In this document: one piece after another, positions 39,283-47,229 of the stretch
How positions within the stretch are numbered: the stretch's first letter is position 1
Layout of the letters: the number at the start of each line of letters is the position of its first letter
Assembly (NCBI GenBank): GCA_965262725.1
Contig: OZ253555.1
Coordinates: 2,816,001 to 2,880,000 of the forward strand
Direction: 5' to 3'
DNA from: Dehalococcoidia bacterium
Lineage (GTDB): Bacteria > Chloroflexota > Dehalococcoidia > UBA2979
Length of the DNA stretch: 64,000 nucleotides
Notes under the pieces: generated by a model
Databases searched by the model: none
Told to the model about the DNA's origin: nothing
Seen by the model: only the letters and a program-made list of their open reading frames with translations
Program-made: the position numbers and the translations under genes

Positions 39283-40347
39283 ATGATCCTGATCCGCATG
39301 CTCCTGCGCGCTGGCGTCGTGCCGCTCGCTCTAGTGACTCTTCTGCTCGCCGGGGGCCTCGCCGCCTGCTCGGACGACGCCTCGGCCCCGGAGGCCGGGG
39401 GCGACGCGGCCGCCACTCCGGTTCCCGCCGCGGACGCCGGTTCGACCCCGGCGCGCGGCGCGGAAGCCACCCCGACCTCCGCTCCCGGCGGGAACGCCGC
39501 CTCCAGCCCGGAGGCCGCCGCGGACGCCTTCCCCATCACCGTCGCCGGCTCCGACGGCCACGAGCTCACGCTTGAGGAGCGCCCCACGCGCATCGTCTCC
39601 TACTCGCCGGGGGCGACGGAGACCCTCTTCGCCATCGGCGCGGGGGACCAGGTGGTGGCCGCCGACGAGTTCTCCGACTACCCGGACAAGACCGCACTCC
39701 TGGAGCGCGTCCGCTACACCGACCCAGATCCCGAGCGCGCGATCGAACTCGAGGCCGACCTCGTGATACTCGCGGGTCAGCAAGAGGCACAGGTGGAGCA
39801 GCTCCGCCGCCTCGGCCTGCCGGTGCTCTTCAACCGCACTCCGGAGACGGTTGAGGGCATCTTCGACTCGATCCTGCTGCTCGGCCGCGCGACCGGACAC
39901 GACGAGGAGGCGACCGCTCTCATCGCCGAGATGCAGCGCCGCATCGAGGCGGTCGCGACGCGCATCGCCGACGTGGAGCGCGGCCCCGCCGTCTTCTACG
40001 AGCTGACCGACGACCTCTACACGGCCTCGCCCGACACCTTCATCGGCGGCATGCTCCACCTGCTGCGGGCGCAGAACATCGCCGACGGCGCAACGAGCCC
40101 CTTCCCCCAGCTCACGACCGAGGCGGTGATCGCCGCGGACCCGCAGGTGATACTGCTCGCCGATGGCGAGTGGGTGAGCGTGGAATCGGTGTCGGCCCGT
40201 CCCGGCTGGGCCGGTGTCGCCGCCGTCGCCGACGGCCGCGTCTACCCGGTCGACCCCGACCTCGGCAATCGCCCCGGTCCGCGCATCGTCGAGGCGATCG
40301 AGGGGATGGCGCGCCTGTTCTATCCCGACCTCTTCCCGGAGCCCTAG
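39283..40347 (+). CDS. btuF: cobalamin-binding ABC substrate-binding lipoprotein
   Basis: LAAC lipobox, RIVSYSPGATETLFAIG, DEFSDYP, RPGPRIVE; downstream of the B12 riboswitch. Confidence 0.88.
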   Translation: MILIRMLLRAGVVPLALVTLLLAGGLAACSDDASAPEAGGDAAATPVPAADAGSTPARGAEATPTSAPGGNAASSPEAAADAFPITVAGSDGHELTLEERPTRIVSYSPGATETLFAIGAGDQVVAADEFSDYPDKTALLERVRYTDPDPERAIELEADLVILAGQQEAQVEQLRRLGLPVLFNRTPETVEGIFDSILLLGRATGHDEEATALIAEMQRRIEAVATRIADVERGPAVFYELTDDLYTASPDTFIGGMLHLLRAQNIADGATSPFPQLTTEAVIAADPQVILLADGEWVSVESVSARPGWAGVAAVADGRVYPVDPDLGNRPGPRIVEAIEGMARLFYPDLFPEP

Positions 40348-40434
40348 ACGACCGCTGCCCCGGCGCCGGCGGACGGGAGCGCCCCGCGCCGCCAGGGGAC
40401 GGAGTGGTGCTATCGTCGCGCGCGGAGGCTACGC

Positions 40435-41271
40435 GTGACCGTCGTCGATATGCAGATTCACCTCCGGCCAGCCGATAGTCCCGGCCGGCCGCCGGATCCG
40501 ACCATGCGCACGGGTCTGGGCGACGAACCGTTCGGGCCCGAGCGCTTCCTCCCGATGATGGAGGACTGCGGCGTCGATCGCGCCGTGATCGTGCCGCCGG
40601 GCTTCTTGCGCTCCAACAACCACTACGCGCTCGAGTGCGTCGCCGCGCATCCCGGCCGCTTCGGCGTGATGGGGCTGATGGACCCGACCGACGACGAGGC
40701 TCCGGATCTCATCGCCACCTGGCGGGAGCAGCCGGGCATGCTGGGACTGCGGGGCTCGGTCACCGAACTCGGGCGCGCGCGCTGGTCGTCGGAGGGGGCC
40801 GTCGAGCGCTTCTGGACCGCGTGCGCCGAGCACGATCTCCCCGTGACCGTGATGGCGGCAGGCGCGCTCGACTACGTCGAGGAGCTGCTCGGCCGCCATC
40901 CCTCGCTTCACCTCGCGGTCGACCATCTCGGACTTCCGCGCATCGAGGCGTCGTGGGACGACGCGTGGTTCCGGCAGATCGAGGCGCTGGCGCGGCACCC
41001 GAGCGTCGTCCTCAAGCTCTCGACTCTCCCCGCGCGCTCGCGCGAGCCCTTCCCCTTCGCCGACACCCACGCCCTCGCGCGGCACGCCTATCACACGTTC
41101 GGACCGGAGCGCTTGATGTGGGGCACCGACCACACGCAGACGCTCGGCCGGGAACGCGCGACCTACTGCGAGGAAATGCGGCTCGTGAGCGAGGGACTGG
41201 ACTTCCTGAGCGAGAGCGAGGCGATGCTCGGCGGGAACGCGCTGCGCTACCTCCGGTGGCCCGGCGACTAG
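40435..41271 (+). CDS. amidohydrolase_2 family (lactonase-like) protein
   Basis: DMQIH, GVDRAVIV, DHLG, KLS, FGPERLMWGTD. Confidence 0.9.
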   Translation: MTVVDMQIHLRPADSPGRPPDPTMRTGLGDEPFGPERFLPMMEDCGVDRAVIVPPGFLRSNNHYALECVAAHPGRFGVMGLMDPTDDEAPDLIATWREQPGMLGLRGSVTELGRARWSSEGAVERFWTACAEHDLPVTVMAAGALDYVEELLGRHPSLHLAVDHLGLPRIEASWDDAWFRQIEALARHPSVVLKLSTLPARSREPFPFADTHALARHAYHTFGPERLMWGTDHTQTLGRERATYCEEMRLVSEGLDFLSESEAMLGGNALRYLRWPGD

Positions 41272-41323
41272 GAATCTCGGCAACCGCCCGGCGTCCCGTC
41301 GGCGACGGAGAAGGAGCGGGTCG

Positions 41324-42163
41324 ATGAGCCCAGGGCCGCCCGGCCGGGTGAGGCGCAGCCTCGTGCAGACCCCCGCGGGCGCCGTCGAGTACGGCGAGCT
41401 CGGCGGTGGACCGCCACTTCTGGCGCTCCACCCGACCCCCGGTTCGTGCCTCTGGTACGGCGACGTCGCACCGCTCCTTGCCGACGAGCGGCGGGTGCTC
41501 GCGATGACGACGATGGGCTATGGCCGCTCGGATCGGCCGAGCCCGCCGTACACGACCGTCCGCGAGTACGCGGCGGCGGCCGTCGGCTTCCTCGACGCGA
41601 TGGACGTGGAGCGCGCGAGCGTGGTCGGCTCGCACACGGGGTCGGTGCTCGCCGTCGAGATCGCCGCGGGCTGGCCCGAGCGCGTTTCGGGGCTCGTGCT
41701 GGGTGAGCCGTTCAACTGGAACACTCCCGCCCGGCGCGAGGTGCTCACCCGGCAGCACCGCTATGTCCCGCCCGCGCCGGACGGATCGCACCTGCTGGCA
41801 CTCTGGCAGCGGCAGGGGCCCGACAGGCCCGGCGTCGACCTGCGAGAGTTCGCCCGGCGCTTCGCCGACTTCCTCGTCGTCAACGCCCCCGAGGTGGTGT
41901 ACGGGGACCTCGGCTGGGAGGGCGCCGGTCCCCAAGCGATCACGGGCTACGAGATGTGGGAGCGGGCGGCGCTGATCGAGGCGCCCACGCTCGTCATCCA
42001 CGGCTCGCAGAGCGACCTCGGGCGCTCCCACCAGCGCTTCCTCGAGACGATCGCGCGTTCGCGCGGGTCGCGGCCGCCGAGCCACGGGCGCTTCTCTCCG
42101 CGGGAGGCGCCCGAGCTGTGGGCGAAGGAGGTCAAGGGTTTTCTCCGGGAACCGGGCGTCTGA
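41324..42163 (+). CDS. alpha/beta-hydrolase-fold protein, atypical elbow GSHTG
   Basis: PLLALH, GYGRSD, WPERVSGLVL, APTLVIHG. Confidence 0.87.
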   Translation: MSPGPPGRVRRSLVQTPAGAVEYGELGGGPPLLALHPTPGSCLWYGDVAPLLADERRVLAMTTMGYGRSDRPSPPYTTVREYAAAAVGFLDAMDVERASVVGSHTGSVLAVEIAAGWPERVSGLVLGEPFNWNTPARREVLTRQHRYVPPAPDGSHLLALWQRQGPDRPGVDLREFARRFADFLVVNAPEVVYGDLGWEGAGPQAITGYEMWERAALIEAPTLVIHGSQSDLGRSHQRFLETIARSRGSRPPSHGRFSPREAPELWAKEVKGFLREPGV

Positions 42164-42194
42164 GGCGGATCGCGCCGCGACGAGGGGGAGTGAG

Positions 42195-42548
42195 ATGCGG
42201 ATACAGGCCGGCCAGCTGTTAAGCCTCGGCTACGGGAAGTACGTACGATCCGACGAGGTGGTTGCCATCGACCCGATCACGGAGGACCGCGGCCCCGGAC
42301 GCCGCACACATGTCTGGGTGCGCGGCGTGCCCGAGCCCCTGGTCGCGTCCCGATCGGACGGGGCCCTAGTCGACGACCTCGTGACGCCGGCCGAGGAGGC
42401 GGCTCGGATGCGGCAGCTGCGCTCTGCGCTGAGCACGGTCGCAGCGGCCATGGAACGCGTTCCTCCCGTGCTGCAGCGCGTGATCCGCGAGGAGAGCCAC
42501 GTCGACATCGCCGCTCTGATCGGGGAGTCGCGGCGCGCCCTGGGCTAG
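42195..42548 (+). CDS. hypothetical protein, N-terminus weakly RemA/DUF370-like
   Basis: GGGGGAG RBS; LLSLGYGKYVRSDEVVAI. Confidence 0.75.
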   Translation: MRIQAGQLLSLGYGKYVRSDEVVAIDPITEDRGPGRRTHVWVRGVPEPLVASRSDGALVDDLVTPAEEAARMRQLRSALSTVAAAMERVPPVLQRVIREESHVDIAALIGESRRALG

Positions 42549-42567
42549 CAAGATCGGGGGACGCACG

Positions 42568-43398
42568 ATGAGCGGTTTCGGGCTCCACCACTACGCCGTC
42601 GCGGTCCGCGACCTCGACGAGGCGGCCGCGACCTACGGGCGGTTGCTCGGCCTTGAGGTCGGGGAGCGCGGCGGTGGCGGTGACTCCTCGCTCTCATGGC
42701 TCGCGCTCGGCTTCGCCGGCGAGCGGAGCCTCGTGCTCGCGAGCCCCGATAACGAGGAGAGCCCGCTCCACGCGGAGATGCGGAGCCGGGCCCGCGAGCG
42801 CAACCCCCACGGGGAGGGTTTCCGCCGCTCGGCCTGGCACGCGGACGACCCCACCGCGCTCGCCCGCCGCTTCGCCGCGCGCACGGGGCGGGCCGCGGAA
42901 GAACTCGACGTGGAAGGGAGCGCCGTCCGCCTCGACCCCCGCTGGACGCACGGGCTGCCGATGATCCTCGCAAACCTCCCCGAGCCCGAGCCGCGCCCCG
43001 CGTGGCCCTCGCACGTCGCCGTGGCCGTCGCCGATCTCGATGCCGCCGAGGTGACCTTCGCGGGCGGCTTCGGGCTGCAGCCGGAGCGGCGCTTCGAGGC
43101 GGACTACGGCGACTTCGCGGCCTCCGCCCTCTACAGGGGCGGGCGCGAAGTACTCGCGCTCATGACCGGTCGCTCCGAGGCGAGCGCGGTCTCACGCCGC
43201 ATGCGGGGCATGATCGCCCCCGAGAACCCCCGGGGGGAGGGCTTCTATCTGGCGAGCTGGGCGGCCCGCGACACGGCCATGCTGTGCGATCGCGTCGAGC
43301 GCGCCGGCGGACTGGTGGCGCGACAGCACCACAGCTTCTTTATCCACCCGCGCTCGACGCACGGTGTGCACATGCGCATCTACCCTGCCGAGGACTGA
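42568..43398 (+). CDS. tandem VOC/glyoxalase protein
   Basis: HHYAVAVRDLD...NPHGEG and SHVAVAVADLD...NPRGEG...HPRSTHG. Confidence 0.85.
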   Translation: MSGFGLHHYAVAVRDLDEAAATYGRLLGLEVGERGGGGDSSLSWLALGFAGERSLVLASPDNEESPLHAEMRSRARERNPHGEGFRRSAWHADDPTALARRFAARTGRAAEELDVEGSAVRLDPRWTHGLPMILANLPEPEPRPAWPSHVAVAVADLDAAEVTFAGGFGLQPERRFEADYGDFAASALYRGGREVLALMTGRSEASAVSRRMRGMIAPENPRGEGFYLASWAARDTAMLCDRVERAGGLVARQHHSFFIHPRSTHGVHMRIYPAED

Positions 43399-43419
43399 GC
43401 CGGGCGGCGCGCGCACTCC

Positions 43420-43734
43420 CTACTCGGCGGGCGTCTCGCCGATGTCGTAGTCGATCGAGGTGATCCCGGCGAGGTTGCCGGTCAGGTTGTCGGCGACCAT
43501 CCGGTCGTGCGCCTCGCTCTCCTCGTACTGCCGCCACGCCGCGACCGTGGCGAAGTCCATGGTGAGAATCCAGTTGTAGCGCTTGAAACCAGAGGACGAG
43601 ATGTTGGGGTCCACCGAGACGTGGAGCAGGCCCGGGTTGTCGTCCTGCATCGCCTTGTAACCGTCCCGCACGGCCTGGATCGTCCCCTCGCCCGTCTCCT
43701 CCTTGAACATAAAGGCCATCATGTGCCGGCGCAT
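43420..43734 (-). CDS. Dabb family (stress-responsive A/B barrel) protein
   Basis: RHMMAFMFK...MDF...YEESEAH...IDY. Confidence 0.8.
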   Translation of the reverse strand: MRRHMMAFMFKEETGEGTIQAVRDGYKAMQDDNPGLLHVSVDPNISSSGFKRYNWILTMDFATVAAWRQYEESEAHDRMVADNLTGNLAGITSIDYDIGETPAE

Positions 43735-43881
43735 CGCCCGTCCCTCCCGCTCCCGGCCGGCCGTGCCGGCACGTCTTCGCTGCCGCCGCACACCATAGGG
43801 GAGAGTCCGGCGGGGTCGCAAAGCGGCGACCGAGAGGCCGACACGCTGCGGGGAGGCCACGGACCGACGGAGGAATGCCCC

Positions 43882-45081
43882 CTACCGCGGCAGCGCAAGC
43901 ACGCGCCCGGCGGTGGTGTTGAGCGCGTTCTCGACGGTGCCGCCGTTGTGCGCGCCGGCGATGTGCGCCATGTAGCGGCGCTGCCAGCGGGCGTGCATCG
44001 GCGCGTGCTCGGGCGACTCCTGGCCCACCTGGCCAGCGAGGCCGAGCATCTCCCCCCCGAAGCGCACGTGCTCCTGCGCGTAGTGCTTCCACCACACCTC
44101 CTTGACGGAGGTCTCCTTGTCCGGCGCCAGGCCGCCGCGCTCCATGACGGAGGCGACCCGGTAGGCGAGCAGCCGCATCGTGCGCACGTAGATCGCGTAA
44201 TCCGCAATGCCGTCCTGCACCCAGGAATCCTCGATCAGCGGCCGCCCGCTGTCGCCGGCACGCTCCCGCGCCACCGAGACGAGGCCCTCGAGGTCGCGCT
44301 GCTCCGATGCCCAGCCGCCGAGGCCGGAGCCGCCGATACCGGCGGCGCGCGACTGGTTGAGCGAGGCGATGAGGTGGTAGAAACCGCGGTTCTCCTCGCC
44401 GATGAGGGAGTCGGCCGGAACCCGCACGTCCTCGAAGAAGACCTGGTTGACCCGGTAGCCGTCCATCGTCCACAGAGGCGTGATCTGGATGCCGCGCGTA
44501 CTCGGGTCGATCACCATCAGCGAGAGGCCGCGGTGCTTCGGCGCGTCCTGGTCGGTGCGCACCATCAGGCACAGCCACTCCGAGTCCTGGATGTGCTCGG
44601 TGTACATCTTGGAGCCGTTGATCACCCACTCGTCGCCGTCGCGCTCGGCCCGGGTCTCCACCGAGCCGAGGTCGGTCCCGGCGTTGGGCTCGGTCAGCCC
44701 GAAGGCCCAGGTCACCTCGCCGCGGGTGATCGGCGGCAGGTGTTTGCGCTTCTGCTCCTCCGTCCCCCAGTGCACGATCCCGGGGCCGACGAAGTTGGCC
44801 GCGACCTGGTGCGAGGCCATCGGCGCGTGCGCTCCGGCCATCTCCTCATCGAAGGCGACGCGGTGCCAGATGGAGGCGCCGCGCCCGCCGTCCTCGACGG
44901 GCCACGTCATCGTCAACCAGCCCTGCTGGCCGATCTCGCGCGTGATGCGCTTGTTGAAGCCGTGGTAGTAGTCCGTGCAGTGCCGGAACTCGTCCTCGAC
45001 CTCCGGGGTCAGGCGCGCGGCGAGGAAGCTCCGCACCTCCTCGCGAAACGTCTGCACGTCGGCGGCGAACGAGAAGTCCAC
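43882..45081 (-). CDS. acyl-CoA dehydrogenase family protein (FadE26/ChsE-like)
   Basis: WPVEDGGRG, TEPNAGTDL, WVINGSKMY, VFFEDVRVP. Confidence 0.9.
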   Translation of the reverse strand: MDFSFAADVQTFREEVRSFLAARLTPEVEDEFRHCTDYYHGFNKRITREIGQQGWLTMTWPVEDGGRGASIWHRVAFDEEMAGAHAPMASHQVAANFVGPGIVHWGTEEQKRKHLPPITRGEVTWAFGLTEPNAGTDLGSVETRAERDGDEWVINGSKMYTEHIQDSEWLCLMVRTDQDAPKHRGLSLMVIDPSTRGIQITPLWTMDGYRVNQVFFEDVRVPADSLIGEENRGFYHLIASLNQSRAAGIGGSGLGGWASEQRDLEGLVSVARERAGDSGRPLIEDSWVQDGIADYAIYVRTMRLLAYRVASVMERGGLAPDKETSVKEVWWKHYAQEHVRFGGEMLGLAGQVGQESPEHAPMHARWQRRYMAHIAGAHNGGTVENALNTTAGRVLALPR

Positions 45082-45162
45082 GGTGTGCCCTCCCTGCTGG
45101 TGCGGGGGCCTCCCCCCGCAGGCGAGCTTACCGCCGCCGGCCGCAGGCGGCGACAGAAGGGG

Positions 45163-45978
45163 TCAGGCGCGTCCTCCCGGGACCGGAGGGCGTGCCGACC
45201 CGCCCACCGGCTGCGGCCCGGGGCGCTCCGCGGCCTCGAGACTGCCCGGCCCGAAGCGGACGAGCCGTCCGTCGGCCGCGCGGTCCACCGCGTGGAAGCG
45301 GCCCCCGTGGAGCTCCCCCAGCAGCTGCGCGCTGCTCGAGATCGGTCTCTCGAAGCCGGTCGCGAAGTAGCCGACACCGCGCGCGGAGTGCGCGTCGCTT
45401 CCCCCGGTGGTCGGGAGGCCGGCGATGCGTGCTACCGCCGCGGCGAAGTAGTTCTCACGGGGCGTGTTGCATCCGTTCGCGGCCTCGACTGCGTCGACAA
45501 GCCGGAAGACCGGGAGTTCCGCGGCCTCCTCCGCGCTCAGCGCGAGGGGTGACTCGCCGCCCGAGCGCGTCTCGAAGGCGCGGCGGAAGGGGTGCGCGAC
45601 GATGAGGAAGCCGCCGACGCGGTCGAGCGCTGCGCGCAGCCTCTCGGCGCGGTGGATGCCACCCTCGTAGCTCGTCAGCCCCACCGCGAGCATGTGCCCG
45701 AGATCTGTGGAGACCTCCATCCCGAAGTTGATGAGCAGACCCGGGTGCTCCGCGAGGTAGTCGAGCTGCAGATGACGGTCCCAGACGCGGTGGTGTTCGC
45801 TCACGTTGACGCCGCTGAGCCCGCCCTCGCGCACCAAGCGCGGGAGCTCGGCCGGGTCGAGCGTGGAGTCCGAGGAGTGTCCGCGCGTGTGGACGTGCAT
45901 ATCCACGATCGCGCCGTCGTAGGCGACGAGAGGAACGCGCGATGTACCAGCGGGGGGCGGGTGGAGAGACTCGGTCAC
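45163..45978 (-). CDS. PHP domain metal-dependent phosphoesterase
   Basis: DMHVHT, SEH, MEVST..GH, AHPFR, GGSDAH. Confidence 0.88.
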   Translation of the reverse strand: MTESLHPPPAGTSRVPLVAYDGAIVDMHVHTRGHSSDSTLDPAELPRLVREGGLSGVNVSEHHRVWDRHLQLDYLAEHPGLLINFGMEVSTDLGHMLAVGLTSYEGGIHRAERLRAALDRVGGFLIVAHPFRRAFETRSGGESPLALSAEEAAELPVFRLVDAVEAANGCNTPRENYFAAAVARIAGLPTTGGSDAHSARGVGYFATGFERPISSSAQLLGELHGGRFHAVDRAADGRLVRFGPGSLEAAERPGPQPVGGSARPPVPGGRA

Positions 45979-46089
45979 CCGCCGAGGATACGGACCGCCG
46001 CAGGGGGCGGCCAGCGGGGCCCGGTGCGGGCGCGAGCGCCCGCGTATACTCCGCCCGCGCCGCCGGCGAGGGGAACGGGAGGAGCTCCC

Positions 46090-47196
46090 ATGCGCTTCGG
46101 GACACACCACCTGCCGCTGAGCCCGACCGCCGATGACGACCTGCGCGTGATCCGGGAGCTGCTCGATCAGATCGAGATGGCCGATCGGCTAGGCTTCGAA
46201 CACTGCTGGCTCACCGAGCACCTGCTCTCCGGCGAGAGCGGATTCGGGGACCCGGTCCCGCTTGCGGGGGCGATATCTCAGCGCACGAGCCGCATCCGCG
46301 TCGGCTTCGCCGTCCTGCAGATGGCTCTCACGCATCCCACGCGCGTCTTCCTGCAGGCCAACCTGCTCGACAACCTGCTGGAGGGACGCCTGACGCTCGG
46401 CATCGGCCGCGGCTCGGCCTTCAACGAGTACGAGTACGTGGCGTTCGGCGCGCGCTCCGACGGTCAGCGCGAGCGCATGTTCGAGGCGATCGAGCTGCTC
46501 GAGCGCGCGTGGGCCCACGACGCCTCCCCGTTCTCCGGCGAGTACTTCTCGGTCAGCATCCCCGACGTGCGGCCCCGACCCGTGCAGCGGCCCCACCCCC
46601 CCATCGTGCTCTCCGTGCTCTCCGACGAGACGCTGCGATGGGCGGCCCGCCGTGGCTACGGCGTAATGATGCCGCGACTCCCGGTGGAGCGGGCCCGCGA
46701 GCGCCTCGGCTTCTACCGCGCGGCCATGGGCGAGGCTGGCCTCGACGATGCCGCCGCGGAGCAGGCGCTCGAGCGCAGCACGCTCCTGCGGAGCGTCTAC
46801 ATCGCCGACAGCGACGAGCAGGCGGAGGAGGAAGTGCGCGAGGCGACCTTCCGGCTCCATACCCACCTCCAGAGCACGCGGCAGGGCTTCAATCCGCCGG
46901 ACGTCAACAACCGTGCCCTCGCCCAGCAGAACGCATCGCCGGTGTGGAGCTCGCCCGACTCGACGCCCGAGGAGGCCGTGGCGAGCCTCATGTCGCGCGG
47001 CTTCATCCTCGGCTCGCCGGAGACGGTGCGCGCGCGCATCGCCGAGCTGGAGGAGGCCGGCGTCCCGGGTCTCATGATCACCTTCACCTGGGGCGACATG
47101 GGGCACGAGCGCGTGCTGCGCTCGATGAGCCGCTTCGCCACCGAGGTGATGCCGCACTTCGCCCGAGAGCGCATCGGGGCCGCTGTCGCCGACTGA
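46090..47196 (+). CDS. LLM class flavin-dependent oxidoreductase
   Basis: GFEHCWLTEH, RTSRIRVG, LDNLLEGRL, PRPVQRPHPP, FATEVMP. Confidence 0.93.
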   Translation: MRFGTHHLPLSPTADDDLRVIRELLDQIEMADRLGFEHCWLTEHLLSGESGFGDPVPLAGAISQRTSRIRVGFAVLQMALTHPTRVFLQANLLDNLLEGRLTLGIGRGSAFNEYEYVAFGARSDGQRERMFEAIELLERAWAHDASPFSGEYFSVSIPDVRPRPVQRPHPPIVLSVLSDETLRWAARRGYGVMMPRLPVERARERLGFYRAAMGEAGLDDAAAEQALERSTLLRSVYIADSDEQAEEEVREATFRLHTHLQSTRQGFNPPDVNNRALAQQNASPVWSSPDSTPEEAVASLMSRGFILGSPETVRARIAELEEAGVPGLMITFTWGDMGHERVLRSMSRFATEVMPHFARERIGAAVAD

Positions 47197-47229
47197 GCGC
47201 CTCCCGGCCGAGAGGCGCGCGATCCGCTG

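Noticed and set aside
43507-45552. Long antisense or alternate-frame ORFs (e.g. 43507-45552+, 6202-8025+, 53009-54925+, 60068-61912+)
   Set aside because: Arg/Ala/Pro-rich shadow frames of real genes, typical of high-GC DNA with few stop codons
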